Origin: Candidatus Krumholzibacteriia bacterium | GTDB taxonomy: Bacteria; Krumholzibacteriota; Krumholzibacteriia; LZORAL124-64-63 | Assembly (NCBI GenBank): GCA_046484865.1 | Contig: JAWOID010000042.1 | Location: forward strand, 1-36,220 | Length of the DNA stretch: 36,220 nt | Reading direction: 5' to 3' | Shown here: in pieces, positions 1 to 8,813 of the stretch | How the letters are laid out: every line of letters begins with the position of its first letter | Position numbering within the stretch: position 1 is the first letter of the stretch | The notes under the pieces: model-generated | The model's database searches: none | The model's input: only the letters and a program-made list of their open reading frames with translations | What the model was told of the DNA's origin: nothing | Made by a program: the position numbers and the translations under genes

Positions 1-233
1 TGGTCGACTCCCTCGAAAAGGGGGGTACCCCAGGTAAGGGGGAGTGTGAGAAGATTGCTCACAGAGGCTCCCAGGAGGTCGGTCCATTGGACCCAGCTCC
101 AGGAAGCCCAGAAACAGGCGCTCGGAGGGGCTCAGAGGCCCCGTGAGCAGATGGCCAATTACTGATCACCGGACATATGGCCTAATAGCAAATAGGAGTT
201 CGAGCGAAGAGGTGACGGGCCCCGAGCGCCCGT
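1..233 (+). ncRNA. Candidate structured non-coding RNA (5' end probably outside the window); family not recognised
   Basis: Back-to-back stems: 28-31/38-41, 45-50/58-63, nested 66-72/102-108 + 74-77/97-100 + 81-85/89-93, 120-123/145-148 + 127-132/137-142, 153-157/178-182, 215-220/228-233. Linkers are purine-rich, the only open + frame (1-165) has AGA/AGG codons atypical of this genome, and a terminator-like stem follows. Confidence 0.5.
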
Positions 234-238
234 GAACA

Positions 239-278
239 GCGACGGCCCCGGTCTCCACGGCGGAACCGGGGCCGTTGC
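239..278 (+). terminator. Putative intrinsic terminator hairpin
   Basis: 14-bp stem GCGACGGCCCCGGT/ACCGGGGCCGTTGC (239-252/265-278, one G-U); U-tract weak. Confidence 0.55.
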
Positions 279-354
279 GTATGCGCAGATTCGCAATATG
301 ATAGACACGAGTGACTGTGCTGTTTCATTCCCGGTGGCGTGAGGAGGAACGACG

Positions 355-657
355 ATGAAGCTGGTCGGCATCATGAGTCTGCGCGAGAGTCGGACCGCGG
401 TGAGACGGCTGCTCGAGAACCATGGACTGCAGATCTACAGCGAGACCGAGATCCTCGGCTACACCCGGGGGACCATCGCCCAGTACGGCTGGTTCGCCGC
501 GCCGCGGGACGCGCCCAGCTACTCCACGCTCTATTTCGCCATCGTTCCGGACGAGGAAGCGGAGGCGGTCTTCTCGGCGATCGAGTCGCTCGCCAGGGAC
601 GACGAGACCGGCCACCCGGTGCGGGCGTTCCTCGTGCCGGTGGAGCGGATGGTCTGA
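355..657 (+). CDS. P-II-like (GlnB-fold) small protein
   Basis: 100 aa with strong SD (GAGGAGG). The layout MKLV...YSETEILG...FAIVPDEEAEAV...RAFLVPVE resembles P-II superfamily proteins; the canonical GlnB T-loop is not seen. Confidence 0.65.
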   Translation: MKLVGIMSLRESRTAVRRLLENHGLQIYSETEILGYTRGTIAQYGWFAAPRDAPSYSTLYFAIVPDEEAEAVFSAIESLARDDETGHPVRAFLVPVERMV

Positions 658-861
658 GCTCGGCTCCCGGGGCTCCGCCAGCCGCTCCGTTTCGCCACCA
701 CGGCCGCCGATCGTCGCATCGGCACCACCTTTCCTTGCCAACGGGGGCGGTCGAGCGTTCCTTTCCAGGTCACGCTGAGCTAATCTTCCGGTTCCGGCAC
801 GACCCGGACCGGACACGCGCCCCTTCCCTCCGGGCAGGTCGCGCCGAAGGAAGGCAGGCCG

Positions 862-1887
862 ATGAATCTCCGCTCCCTCAGCACCCTCCCCACCTGGGAT
901 TGGCCGGACGATGCTGCCGACGTCATCGAGTCGGCCCTCACCGACCGGCGTGCCGCGCGGGAAGACCGCATGCTGGCGGCCGTGCTCGCCAGCGAGCTGA
1001 TCGTGGGCGACGACGATCTTGCCGACTCGTTGCTGAACATCGCCGGCAAGGGTGACGAGCCGCAGGATTTGCGGGCCGCCTCGGCGGCGGCGCTGGGGCC
1101 CATGCTCGAGTACGCCGAGAGCCGCGATCCGGTCGACGAGGAACCGGGACTGTCGGACGCCGCTGCGGAGCGGGTCCAGGCGCGTCTGCGGGAGCTGTAC
1201 GAATCCGCCGGCACCCCAGCCCCGGTACGACGCGCAGCGCTGGCGGCCTCGGCACGGGCGGCGGAGGACTGGCACCACGACGCCGTGCGGTCCGCGTGGG
1301 CCGGCGGCGATCCTGCCTGGCGCCTGACCGCGGTCGAGTGCATGAGCTCGGTGGCGGGGTTCGGCGACGAGATCCTCCAGGCGCTCGGGGGAGACGATCC
1401 GGACCTGCGCTTCTGGGCCGTGCGGGCTGCCGGCAACTGGGAAGTGGACGCCGCCTGGCCGCAGGTGGTGGGATTGCTCCGGAGCAAGACCACGGATCGA
1501 GAGACGTTGATGGCCGCGCTCGAGGCCGCCGCGGAGATCCGACCGCACGAGGCGCCGGAGGTGCTCGGCCCGCTGGCCGATTCCTCCGACGAGCAGATCG
1601 CGATGGCAGCGATGGATGCCCTCGACCTCGCCGGAGCCCTGCTGGCCGAGGGAGAGGAGGACGAGGGCGTCGACTGGGACGACGACGGGGACGAGGAGGT
1701 CGAGATGCGTGACGATTACGAGGAGAGCGTTCTGGGTGACGACGACCTGGACGACGACGACGATCTCGGTGACGACGACGAGGACGACCTCGACGATCTC
1801 GACGACGAGGAATTCGAGGACGATGATGACTGGGAGGACGATGGCGACGACGTGAAGGACGCTGACGAGGACGACGAGACTTACTAG
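862..1887 (+). CDS. HEAT/PBS-repeat helical protein with a long Asp/Glu-rich C-terminal tail
   Basis: Repeated DxDxxLRxxAVxA-type helical units; roughly the last 78 aa are mostly D/E; host-like codon usage. Confidence 0.75.
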   Translation: MNLRSLSTLPTWDWPDDAADVIESALTDRRAAREDRMLAAVLASELIVGDDDLADSLLNIAGKGDEPQDLRAASAAALGPMLEYAESRDPVDEEPGLSDAAAERVQARLRELYESAGTPAPVRRAALAASARAAEDWHHDAVRSAWAGGDPAWRLTAVECMSSVAGFGDEILQALGGDDPDLRFWAVRAAGNWEVDAAWPQVVGLLRSKTTDRETLMAALEAAAEIRPHEAPEVLGPLADSSDEQIAMAAMDALDLAGALLAEGEEDEGVDWDDDGDEEVEMRDDYEESVLGDDDLDDDDDLGDDDEDDLDDLDDEEFEDDDDWEDDGDDVKDADEDDETY

Positions 1888-1923
1888 CCGGCCGTCAAGG
1901 GCTGCCCGGAACACGAAGACGTA

Positions 1924-1957
1924 CGCACCGGCGCGGACAGTACTCCGCGCCGGTGCG
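1924..1957 (+). terminator. Hairpin after the HEAT-repeat gene, putative terminator
   Basis: Perfect 14-bp inverted repeat CGCACCGGCGCGGA/TCCGCGCCGGTGCG with a 6-nt loop. Confidence 0.55.
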
Positions 1958-2073
1958 CCGCATTGGTTTGCGGCCCCTGTCGCGCGTGAGGCATCGTCGG
2001 TGCATGCTGGCGACAGGCCCCGCCTGACTGCGCGATGGGATCTGACCTGAGCGCTGATCCCGTCACATAATCC

Positions 2074-2101
2074 ACAATTAAAGCACGAAATATTGTATAA
2101 T
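2074..2101 (+). promoter_or_regulatory. AT-rich sigma70-like promoter region upstream of the UDG-like gene
   Basis: Perfect TATAAT at 2096-2101 in an AT-rich patch, with a short inverted repeat ACAAT...ATTGT (2074-2096) overlapping it. Confidence 0.45.
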
Positions 2102-2193
2102 GCAGGCGGGTTTCCCCCCGCTTTGTCCTGTACGCGGGCCCCCGATCGCGTGTAAGATCATGTGACGACTGGACCTCCACGCAGGGGGCTGCC

Positions 2194-2934
2194 ATGTACG
2201 ACACGATTCGCGCTCTCTACGAGAAGGACCTGAAGGTCCCGCACAACGACTTCTGTCGCCACACGTGCGACGCGCGCCACAAGGTGCCGATACTCCCGTG
2301 GCACATCGGGAGCGAATACCGCAAGAGCGACCAGCGCCTGGTGATTCTCCGCGAGCCGCACCGCAGCGACCAGCGCATGCGCAAGCTGGAGAGCGGCATC
2401 AAGGATCCGCGGGAACTGGCCGACCGCCTCTTCCGCACCGAGTCCAAGGCGATCTGGTCCTATCTCCGGGCATTTCTCGAGCGCGTGCACGGCTCGGCCG
2501 ACGAGGGCTGGGAGCGGATCGTCCTCACCAGCGCGGTCAAGTGCACGAACGTCGGACGTAACAACCCGACCGCGCGACGGACCACCCAGCGCATGCGCGA
2601 ATCGTGCATCCGCGAGGTGGGGATGATCCGACGCGAGCTGAAGCGTCTGCGGCCGACGCACCTGGTGGCGATTCTCGACGCGAGCTACGACGACTACCTC
2701 GACGACCTGCGCTGGGCAGGAGACCAGGCCTGGTGGAACCTGATGCAGCCGGACAACAAGGCCGAATGCGGCAAGTCGACGGTGGCGTGGTTCGAGCGCG
2801 AGCTGATCGGCCGCGGGGGCCGCGTGCGCTTCCTGCGCGTCGGGCCGCCCCAGGGCAAGCCGCGCGACGCCTACGTGGAACTGCTCGCGCGCTGGCTCGC
2901 CGTGGGAGAATTGCCGGCCGTCTCGACCGCCTGA
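2194..2934 (+). CDS. Divergent uracil-DNA-glycosylase-superfamily-like protein
   Basis: Motifs PWHIGSEY, RLVILREPH and IVLTSAVKC...C...RELKRLRPTHLVAI resemble the UDG-fold T-N-x-V-K-C...C...E-L-x-x-L-x-P pattern. Confidence 0.55.
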   Translation: MYDTIRALYEKDLKVPHNDFCRHTCDARHKVPILPWHIGSEYRKSDQRLVILREPHRSDQRMRKLESGIKDPRELADRLFRTESKAIWSYLRAFLERVHGSADEGWERIVLTSAVKCTNVGRNNPTARRTTQRMRESCIREVGMIRRELKRLRPTHLVAILDASYDDYLDDLRWAGDQAWWNLMQPDNKAECGKSTVAWFERELIGRGGRVRFLRVGPPQGKPRDAYVELLARWLAVGELPAVSTA

Positions 2935-2952
2935 GCCGTCTCGACCGCCTGA
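2917..2952. repeat. Perfect 18-bp tandem duplication spanning the stop codon
   Basis: GCCGTCTCGACCGCCTGA at 2917-2934 and again at 2935-2952. Confidence 0.9.
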
Positions 2953-3033
2953 CACGATCTGACACCCCGACAGATCCCCCCCGCGTACGATCTGAACGTT
3001 TCCAGTCGTCCGGAGCGACCGCGATCGGGCCCC

Positions 3034-3993
3034 TCAGCGCCGGACCCCGGAACGGGTTTCGACGGTGACGTAGCGCGGCGCGGCGCCGGAATCGAGGACC
3101 ACGGCGGCGAGACGGCCGCCGTAGACGGCGCCGAGGTCGATGCCGGTGGCATGGGGGAAACGCACGGGCTCCGCGGATTCCGTGAACGGGTTGTGGCCGA
3201 AGTAGACGTGGCCGAAGCGTCCGTCGTAGATGGCCGCCCAGTAGGGGTCGTCCGGACCTTCGGCGCCGAGGGGCAGGTATTCGCCCTCGGGGCGGAACTC
3301 GCGCCGGACGACGGTCCCGGTGAGCGTGACCTGATCGCCCACCGACGGCACGGCCGGCTGGTTGCCGTCGCCGCCCAGCGAGCGGCTACCCTGCACCGTG
3401 AGGTTGACCTGAGCGCGCCCGCGCACCCACCGCAACCGCAGCATCTGCTCGGCCCAGGCACGTTCCTCGCCGGCGAGGGTCGACAGCCGTGAAGGGCCGA
3501 CGATCAGCGGCGACGCCGGTCCAGGCTCCGGTCCGCGCATGGCATCGCCGTCGCCCGCCGGCTCCGGCTGGTCGCCCGGTAGCCGCTCCATCCGCGACGG
3601 AATGCCGCCGTGCACCACGACCACATCCCGCCCGGCGATCCGCACCCAGAGCGGTGTCGCCTCGAGGAAGCGCAGATCCTCGGGACCCAGCTGTCGAGTG
3701 ATGGATTCCAGCTCGCGCGCGCCGCGGATGGTGGCGGCATGCTCCGGCGAGATCGATCGCGCGCGACGGTATCGCTCGTGCTTGGCCTCGTGATTCCCCT
3801 TCACCACCAGCACCGGCTGGCGCGCGGCCAGGTCCCGGACCAGCTGCACGACGCCGACGCTGTCGGGGCCGCGGTCGATGAGGTCGCCCACGAAGACCAC
3901 GATGTCCCCGGGGCGCAACTCGACCTCGACGAGCAATGCCTGCAGCGCGTCGCGCATGCCATGGACGTCGCCGATGATGACGTGACGCGGCAT
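3034..3993 (-). CDS. Calcineurin-like metallophosphoesterase (ApaH/PrpE/Ser-Thr phosphatase family)
   Basis: GDVHG, GDLIDRGPDS, GNHE, VHGG, FGH and IDLGAVYGGRL motifs. Confidence 0.9.
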   Translation of the reverse strand: MPRHVIIGDVHGMRDALQALLVEVELRPGDIVVFVGDLIDRGPDSVGVVQLVRDLAARQPVLVVKGNHEAKHERYRRARSISPEHAATIRGARELESITRQLGPEDLRFLEATPLWVRIAGRDVVVVHGGIPSRMERLPGDQPEPAGDGDAMRGPEPGPASPLIVGPSRLSTLAGEERAWAEQMLRLRWVRGRAQVNLTVQGSRSLGGDGNQPAVPSVGDQVTLTGTVVRREFRPEGEYLPLGAEGPDDPYWAAIYDGRFGHVYFGHNPFTESAEPVRFPHATGIDLGAVYGGRLAAVVLDSGAAPRYVTVETRSGVRR

Positions 3994-4029
3994 CCTGGTG
4001 CTTTCTCCCTGCCCCTGCGGCTATACGCT

Positions 4030-4068
4030 GCCAGACTCGTTGCGGCTCCAGTCTAGCGCAAGTCTGGC
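4030..4068. other. Imperfect hairpin at the 3' end of the DNRLRE-like fragment
   Basis: GCCAGAC/GTCTGGC outer stem with inner TTGC/GCAA and GCT/AGC pairs. Confidence 0.5.
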
Positions 4069-4457
4069 GCGATGGCTTGTGATGGATGGTAGAACGACTT
4101 GGATTGCTCGCCATCGCCGGTCGGATCGCGCAGGACGACGCCGTGGTTGGACTCGCCGGCGTACCAGTCGGCCACCAGATCGGTGACGTCCCAGCGCACG
4201 ATGCGGTCCGGCGGCGGGTCGAACTGCGAGATCATGGCCGTGGCCTCAGGCGTACGAGCGAAATCGGGCTGGGTCTGGTTGTTCTCGTCGCCGCCGTCTC
4301 CCGCGCCTGCCCAGGCCACGCCCGAGGCTGCATCCACCTGGTCCGAGCCAGGGGGCCAGGGGGCGTGCTCCGAGCCGGTGCCCTCCTGCCAGGGCGTCCG
4401 GTCGCCCGAGTCGACGATGCGGTGCACGCCGATCTCGTAGAGTTGTCCTTCGCCGTC
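4053..4457 (-). pseudogene. Out-of-frame fragment of a DNRLRE/CBM96-like domain, probably a remnant C-terminal domain of the upstream lipoprotein
   Basis: The frame DGEGQLYEIGVHRIV...W.EG...WDVTDLVADWYAGESNHGVVLRD overlaps the upstream stop in the +1 frame. The domain's N-terminal part is absent and there is no good start or SD. Confidence 0.55.
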
Positions 4458-5364
4458 ACGGAAGCACGAAGCCAGGAGAGGGCAGGCGAGCCACTCCGAA
4501 CCAGGCGTCGTCGAAATCGCTGACGCCGCCGTTCTCCGGCACGAGCAGGACGTTCAGCTCGGGAGCCGTGGTGACCACCATGCCGTCCCGCGGCATGACG
4601 TACACCGTGTACATGCCGGCGGGCAGCCCCTCGATGCGGTACCGCCCCGTCTCGTCCGTGACATAGATGCAACGATCGGCGGTCGCGCCGGAATCGCCGG
4701 TCTGGTCGTCCCGCGGGTCGCCGGCACAGCGGTAGCCGCGCAGTCCGAGCGCGATTCCCGGCACCCCGGGCTCCCCGGGGTCGCGCCGGCCGTTTTCGTC
4801 GGCGTCGTGCCAGACGAGGCCGCTGATCCGGCCGGTCATCGGATCGTCGCCGATCTCGACCTCGGCCACGAAGGCCATCGACTCGCCAGGGCCGACGGCG
4901 AACCGGGCGGTGAACGGAAGGCTTTCCTCGCCTGGGCTCCAGACCAGGTCGCGGTCGAGGAAATCGAAGAGGATGCGCGCGCCCGGGCCGTGGATCTCGT
5001 TGATCGGGTTGAGCAGGACGGCGGTCCGGGGCCGGAACTCGTGGAAGACGAGCCCCACCGGCAAGGGGTGAGCCTCCTGGCCGAGGTTCTGGATCGTCAG
5101 GTCGACGAGCAGGGCCTCCCCGCTCTCGTCCCGGCGAAGGTCGCTACCCCTGAGCAGGAACGGCCCGATCCGCGGGGACGCGGGATCGCCCGTGGCGCTC
5201 ACCTCGATCGTGAAGTCGACCCCGCCATCGGTCACGGTGCCGGCGACCAGCACGGGATCGGGCTGCGCCGGCGGCACGGTGCCGTTCTCGCTGCAGCCGC
5301 ACCAGGTGGCGAGCAGCACCGCGAGCGGAAGCAGCAGAAGCCAGGATCGGGTCGATCGTTTCAT
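4456..5364 (-). CDS. Putative lipoprotein/secreted protein with an SdrD B-like domain
   Basis: Signal peptide MKRSTRSWLLLLPLAVLLATWCGCS (lipobox-like). ISGLVWHDADENGRRDPGEPGVPG...TDETGRYRIEGLPAGMYTV fits the SdrD B/Cna-B-like pattern. Confidence 0.75.
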   Translation of the reverse strand: MKRSTRSWLLLLPLAVLLATWCGCSENGTVPPAQPDPVLVAGTVTDGGVDFTIEVSATGDPASPRIGPFLLRGSDLRRDESGEALLVDLTIQNLGQEAHPLPVGLVFHEFRPRTAVLLNPINEIHGPGARILFDFLDRDLVWSPGEESLPFTARFAVGPGESMAFVAEVEIGDDPMTGRISGLVWHDADENGRRDPGEPGVPGIALGLRGYRCAGDPRDDQTGDSGATADRCIYVTDETGRYRIEGLPAGMYTVYVMPRDGMVVTTAPELNVLLVPENGGVSDFDDAWFGVARLPSPGFVLP

Positions 5365-5451
5365 GATGGTCCTCCCGGTGGGGTGCTGGCCGGTGCGCCA
5401 GGACCGGAGGTCAGGGTGGCGCATGATCATACGTGTTCAGCAGCCCGCGCG

Positions 5452-6276
5452 CTAGCCCCTCGGGTCGTCGAGCCGCGGCCGCCCCAGCACCACGCGCGCG
5501 GCGAGCGGGTCGTCGGTGATCAGGCCGTCCACGCCGAGTTCGGCGAGTTCGCGCATGGCGTCCGGGGCGTTGACGGTCCACACGTGGACGCGGAAGCCCT
5601 CTCCGTGGAGCCAGTGCAGGAGCGCCTCGTCGGCCATCAGGACCGACGGGTTCACGGCGGCGATGAGCTGGTGCAGATCCGCGAGCGGTCGGGCGGAGCT
5701 CGAGAGGCGCGGCACGTCCTCGAACTGCAGCCCCAGCGAGGCCACCGATCCCTCGACCAGGAGGTGGCGTTCGAGGGAGGGCTCGAGGCGGTGGGCGGCC
5801 AGCAGGACGTCCGGGTGGAACGATTGCACCACGCAGCGCGAAACCAGGTCGTGCTCGCGGATGGTCCGCACCACGGAGGCCACGGCGTCGGGGCGGGCGT
5901 CGGCCGACTCCTTCACCTCGACCAGGAGGCGAACGGGCGGGACGGCGGAGGCCACCAGTTCCAGGAGCTCGGCCAGGCAAGGGATCGGCTCGTTCTCGAA
6001 ACCCTCGCCGAACCAGCCGCCGGCATCCAGACCCGCGAGTGACGCCCAGTCCAGAGCGGCCACCGGGCCGCTGCCGCTGGTGGTGCGGTCGAGGACGGCG
6101 TCGTGGATCACCACGGGGACGCCGTCGGCGGACATCCGGATGTCGCACTCGAGGGCGTCGGCGCCGCAGGCGAGCGCGCAGCGGAACGCCATCAGCGTGT
6201 TCTCGGGAAAGGCGGCCTTGAACCCGCGGTGGGCGATCACGAGAGGGGGGCTGCGCTGGTCGCCTCTCGTCGCCAT
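5452..6276 (-). CDS. Glycerophosphodiester phosphodiesterase (GDPD family)
   Basis: IAHRG, PENTL, ECDIRMSADGVPVVIHD, EVK, WTVN and GVDGLITD motifs. Confidence 0.92.
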   Translation of the reverse strand: MATRGDQRSPPLVIAHRGFKAAFPENTLMAFRCALACGADALECDIRMSADGVPVVIHDAVLDRTTSGSGPVAALDWASLAGLDAGGWFGEGFENEPIPCLAELLELVASAVPPVRLLVEVKESADARPDAVASVVRTIREHDLVSRCVVQSFHPDVLLAAHRLEPSLERHLLVEGSVASLGLQFEDVPRLSSSARPLADLHQLIAAVNPSVLMADEALLHWLHGEGFRVHVWTVNAPDAMRELAELGVDGLITDDPLAARVVLGRPRLDDPRG

Positions 6277-6294
6277 GATGGGCCGCGACGGCCG

Positions 6295-7173
6295 TTACGT
6301 CGCGTCCTCCCTCTCCAGCGGCTTGTACCACACGTTCATGCTCTCGATGTGGCCCGAGATGTTCGTGTTGTTCACCAGGGTACCCCCGTAGGCGTATCCG
6401 TGCCTGGCGAACGTGATGTTCATTCCCGGCGACAGCGCCCGGGCGATGGTGTATGCCGTCACGATACCGTTTTCGGGTATCTCGCGCTCCATCAGATCGA
6501 GCAGGTGCAGCGCCAGCCCCTGACCGCGGGCCTCGTGCAGCGTGGCGAAGTCGGTCATCTCGGCATTCCGGGCCGCGGGGTCGAGCTCCGCCGACGAGCA
6601 GGCCACCACCCGTCCGTCCCGGCGCGCCACGAAGTACCGGACGTCCTCGGCCATGTTGGCGCGCAGGAAGTCGGGATCGTGGATCGGAAACGGATACGAG
6701 GGGAATATCTCGCGAAAGACGCTCGCCATCGCCTCGGCGTCCTCCGGGTCGGCCTCGCCCAGGACGAAATCCCCGGGTGCGGTGAGCGGCTCGGGCGAGG
6801 CGACGTGCTTGTCGTCGGCCAGGCGCAGCACGGCCCTGGCCTCGTCGGCGCGAGGGTCCACGCGTCGCTCGTCGTCGTGGAAACGAGCCAGGAAGAGCCC
6901 GTCGTCCTCGCCGTTGAAGAACCCGGGCACCATTGCCTCGCGGCGGTAGCCCGCCTGCTGGAACGGCTCGGCCAGCGGCGCAGGCACCTTGGCGAATACC
7001 TTGGCGTAGTCGTTCTCGCGGCGCAGTTCGTCCAGCTGGTCGACGATGTCGGGAACGTCGTCCGGATCCAGCTCGATCAGGTAGATGCGATCGTTGTACG
7101 GGCCGTGCTGCACCAGGGAGCCGCCCAGGCGCTCGACGACATCGGGGGACGGGTCGGGAAGATCAGGACACAT
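6295..7173 (-). CDS. ablB: Putative beta-lysine N-acetyltransferase (GNAT)
   Basis: [39 protein letters not shown] and [15 protein letters not shown]...[20 protein letters not shown] match the AblB family; lies in the same cluster as a lysine 2,3-aminomutase. Confidence 0.88.
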   Translation of the reverse strand: MCPDLPDPSPDVVERLGGSLVQHGPYNDRIYLIELDPDDVPDIVDQLDELRRENDYAKVFAKVPAPLAEPFQQAGYRREAMVPGFFNGEDDGLFLARFHDDERRVDPRADEARAVLRLADDKHVASPEPLTAPGDFVLGEADPEDAEAMASVFREIFPSYPFPIHDPDFLRANMAEDVRYFVARRDGRVVACSSAELDPAARNAEMTDFATLHEARGQGLALHLLDLMEREIPENGIVTAYTIARALSPGMNITFARHGYAYGGTLVNNTNISGHIESMNVWYKPLEREDAT

Positions 7174-8632
7174 GACGGGAAACCCCCGTGGAAACGGCCT
7201 CGCGTGCACCGCGCCGGGGCGGCAGGGCGAGGGCCAGGAAGACGCCAGCCGAGGCCAGCAAACCGTAGAAGACCGGGTCCAGACCGTGGGCGGCCAGGGC
7301 GTCCGGCAGCGCCAGCACGCCCACCTTCAGCGCCAGCGTCACCGTGCCGCCGGCGAGCATGGCGCCGAGGGCTGCCGCCGGACGGCGACCTGGCCAGAAG
7401 TAGGCGGCCAGGGTCGGCACGAAGAGGCCCGACACCATGAACGCGTACGCGAAGAGGATGGCGTCGAGCACCTGTTCGAAGCGGCTGGCGATCACCACCG
7501 CCAGCACGCCGACGACGAGCGTGACGAGCTGGGAAACACGCATCAGGCCACGGCTGGAGAGGTGGCGCAGCCAGCGTCGCTCGAGGATGTCGCCGACGAA
7601 ATTGCCGGACGAGGCCATCAGGCAGCTGTCGGCGGTGGACATGATGGCCGAGAAGTAGGCGGCCACCAGCAGGCCCGTCACCACCGGCGGCAGCGCCGTC
7701 TGCATGAGCAGGGGCAGCCCCATCTCCGGCTCGGCGCCGGGGAAGGCCACGCGCGCGCACATGCCCAGGAAAACGCCCAGGAAGGCCATCAGCGGCCACT
7801 CCAGCACGCCCGCCAGGTACCAGGCGCGCCGCGCCTCCCGCACGTCGCGGCAGGCGAACATCCGCTGGTAGAGCGTCATGCCGATCAGCCAGATGGGGAC
7901 GATCGTCACCGCCCAGTTCACCACCGTCACCGGCGCGACGGCGAACAGGTCGAAGTGGGATGCGGGCAGGTTGTCGCGCAGGGCGGCCACGCCGCCCAGC
8001 TCGCCCCAGAGGATCACCGGCACCGCCACCAGCGTGAGGCCGGCCAGCAGCACGATCCACTGCACCGTGTCGGTGTAGATGACTGCGCGCAGGCCGCCGA
8101 TGGTGGTGTAGAGCACCGTCACCACCGCGATCACGAGCAGGGAGAAGTCACGTGGCGACAGCCCGAACGGCGCCGCGGTGATCACGGTTCCCGAGGCGAG
8201 CTTGGCGCCGGCCAGCACCTGGGCGCCGGTGAAGCCCAGGTAACCGAGCCCGGAGATCACCGCGGCCGCCAGCGCCACCCGCTCGCCGTACACCGTGCGC
8301 AGGAAGTCGGGGTAGGAGCGCATCGCGGTGGACCGCTCCAGTCGCTTGATGCGCGGGATGATGAACACCGCCGAGAGCCAGGCGCCGAGCAGGCCGGTGA
8401 ACAGCAGCCAGCTGCCGGCCAGCCCCATGGTGAAGCCGAGCCCGCCGAGTCCGATGGAGAAGCCGCCGCCCACGTCGGTGGCGACCACCGACAGGCCGAC
8501 GTGGTGGTACGAGAGATCGCGGCCGCCCACGTAATAGTCGTCGGCGTCGCGATTGCGGCGATAGTGGTAGTAACCGACCGCGAGCACGCCCGCCATGTAG
8601 AGGCCGAAGATGAGGTAGTCGATCAGGAGCAA
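7163..8632 (-). CDS. Sodium:solute symporter family protein (PutP/OpuE-like); start approximate (TTG 8632)
   Basis: [24 protein letters not shown] and [13 protein letters not shown] motifs; many TM segments; 3' end overlaps the ablB start. Confidence 0.9.
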   Translation of the reverse strand: MLLIDYLIFGLYMAGVLAVGYYHYRRNRDADDYYVGGRDLSYHHVGLSVVATDVGGGFSIGLGGLGFTMGLAGSWLLFTGLLGAWLSAVFIIPRIKRLERSTAMRSYPDFLRTVYGERVALAAAVISGLGYLGFTGAQVLAGAKLASGTVITAAPFGLSPRDFSLLVIAVVTVLYTTIGGLRAVIYTDTVQWIVLLAGLTLVAVPVILWGELGGVAALRDNLPASHFDLFAVAPVTVVNWAVTIVPIWLIGMTLYQRMFACRDVREARRAWYLAGVLEWPLMAFLGVFLGMCARVAFPGAEPEMGLPLLMQTALPPVVTGLLVAAYFSAIMSTADSCLMASSGNFVGDILERRWLRHLSSRGLMRVSQLVTLVVGVLAVVIASRFEQVLDAILFAYAFMVSGLFVPTLAAYFWPGRRPAAALGAMLAGGTVTLALKVGVLALPDALAAHGLDPVFYGLLASAGVFLALALPPRRGAREAVSTGVSRHVS

Positions 8633-8813
8633 TGATCGGGTCCCGGGTGATCCCCTCGCCGGAGCGAACGGCTGCGAGTGGTGCAGGGAGCGAGCCGGCC
8701 GGACTCCGGCCCTCCCCGCCGCCTGCACCGGGTGACGGACGAATCGCGGCCCACGAGCCGCCGGGCCCGCGAGTGCGCCGGACGAGCCGGCCAGGTCGAG
8801 GATCGCCTGCTCG

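Noticed and set aside
1..165. Open + frame ending ...REQMANY* as the 3' end of a gene
   Set aside because: AGA/AGG/GTA codons and low GC3 are unlike every gene here, and the segment is better explained by RNA structure. Not fully excluded without upstream sequence.
148..196. Resemblance to group I intron P7 (R/S) elements
   Set aside because: Only about 20 nt separate the two strands, too little for P3 and P8, and the G-binding site pairs do not match.
835..860. CAGGTC...GAAGGAAGGCAG resembling the SRP RNA core
   Set aside because: Spacing does not fit the SRP helix 8 motif; the purine run is simply the RBS region of the gene at 862.
1670..1880. GACGAC-rich repeats as a possible CRISPR or satellite array
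   Set aside because: They encode the acidic protein tail and have no repeat-spacer structure; no cas genes are present.
325..1914. Long antisense ORFs (325-1914, 9701-12232, 17913-20162, 32633-34612 and others)
   Set aside because: Shadow ORFs expected on the opposite strand of high-GC genes; no recognisable motifs.
4456..4458. TGA as selenocysteine or read-through codon
   Set aside because: The domain-like continuation is in a different frame, so in-frame read-through does not restore it.
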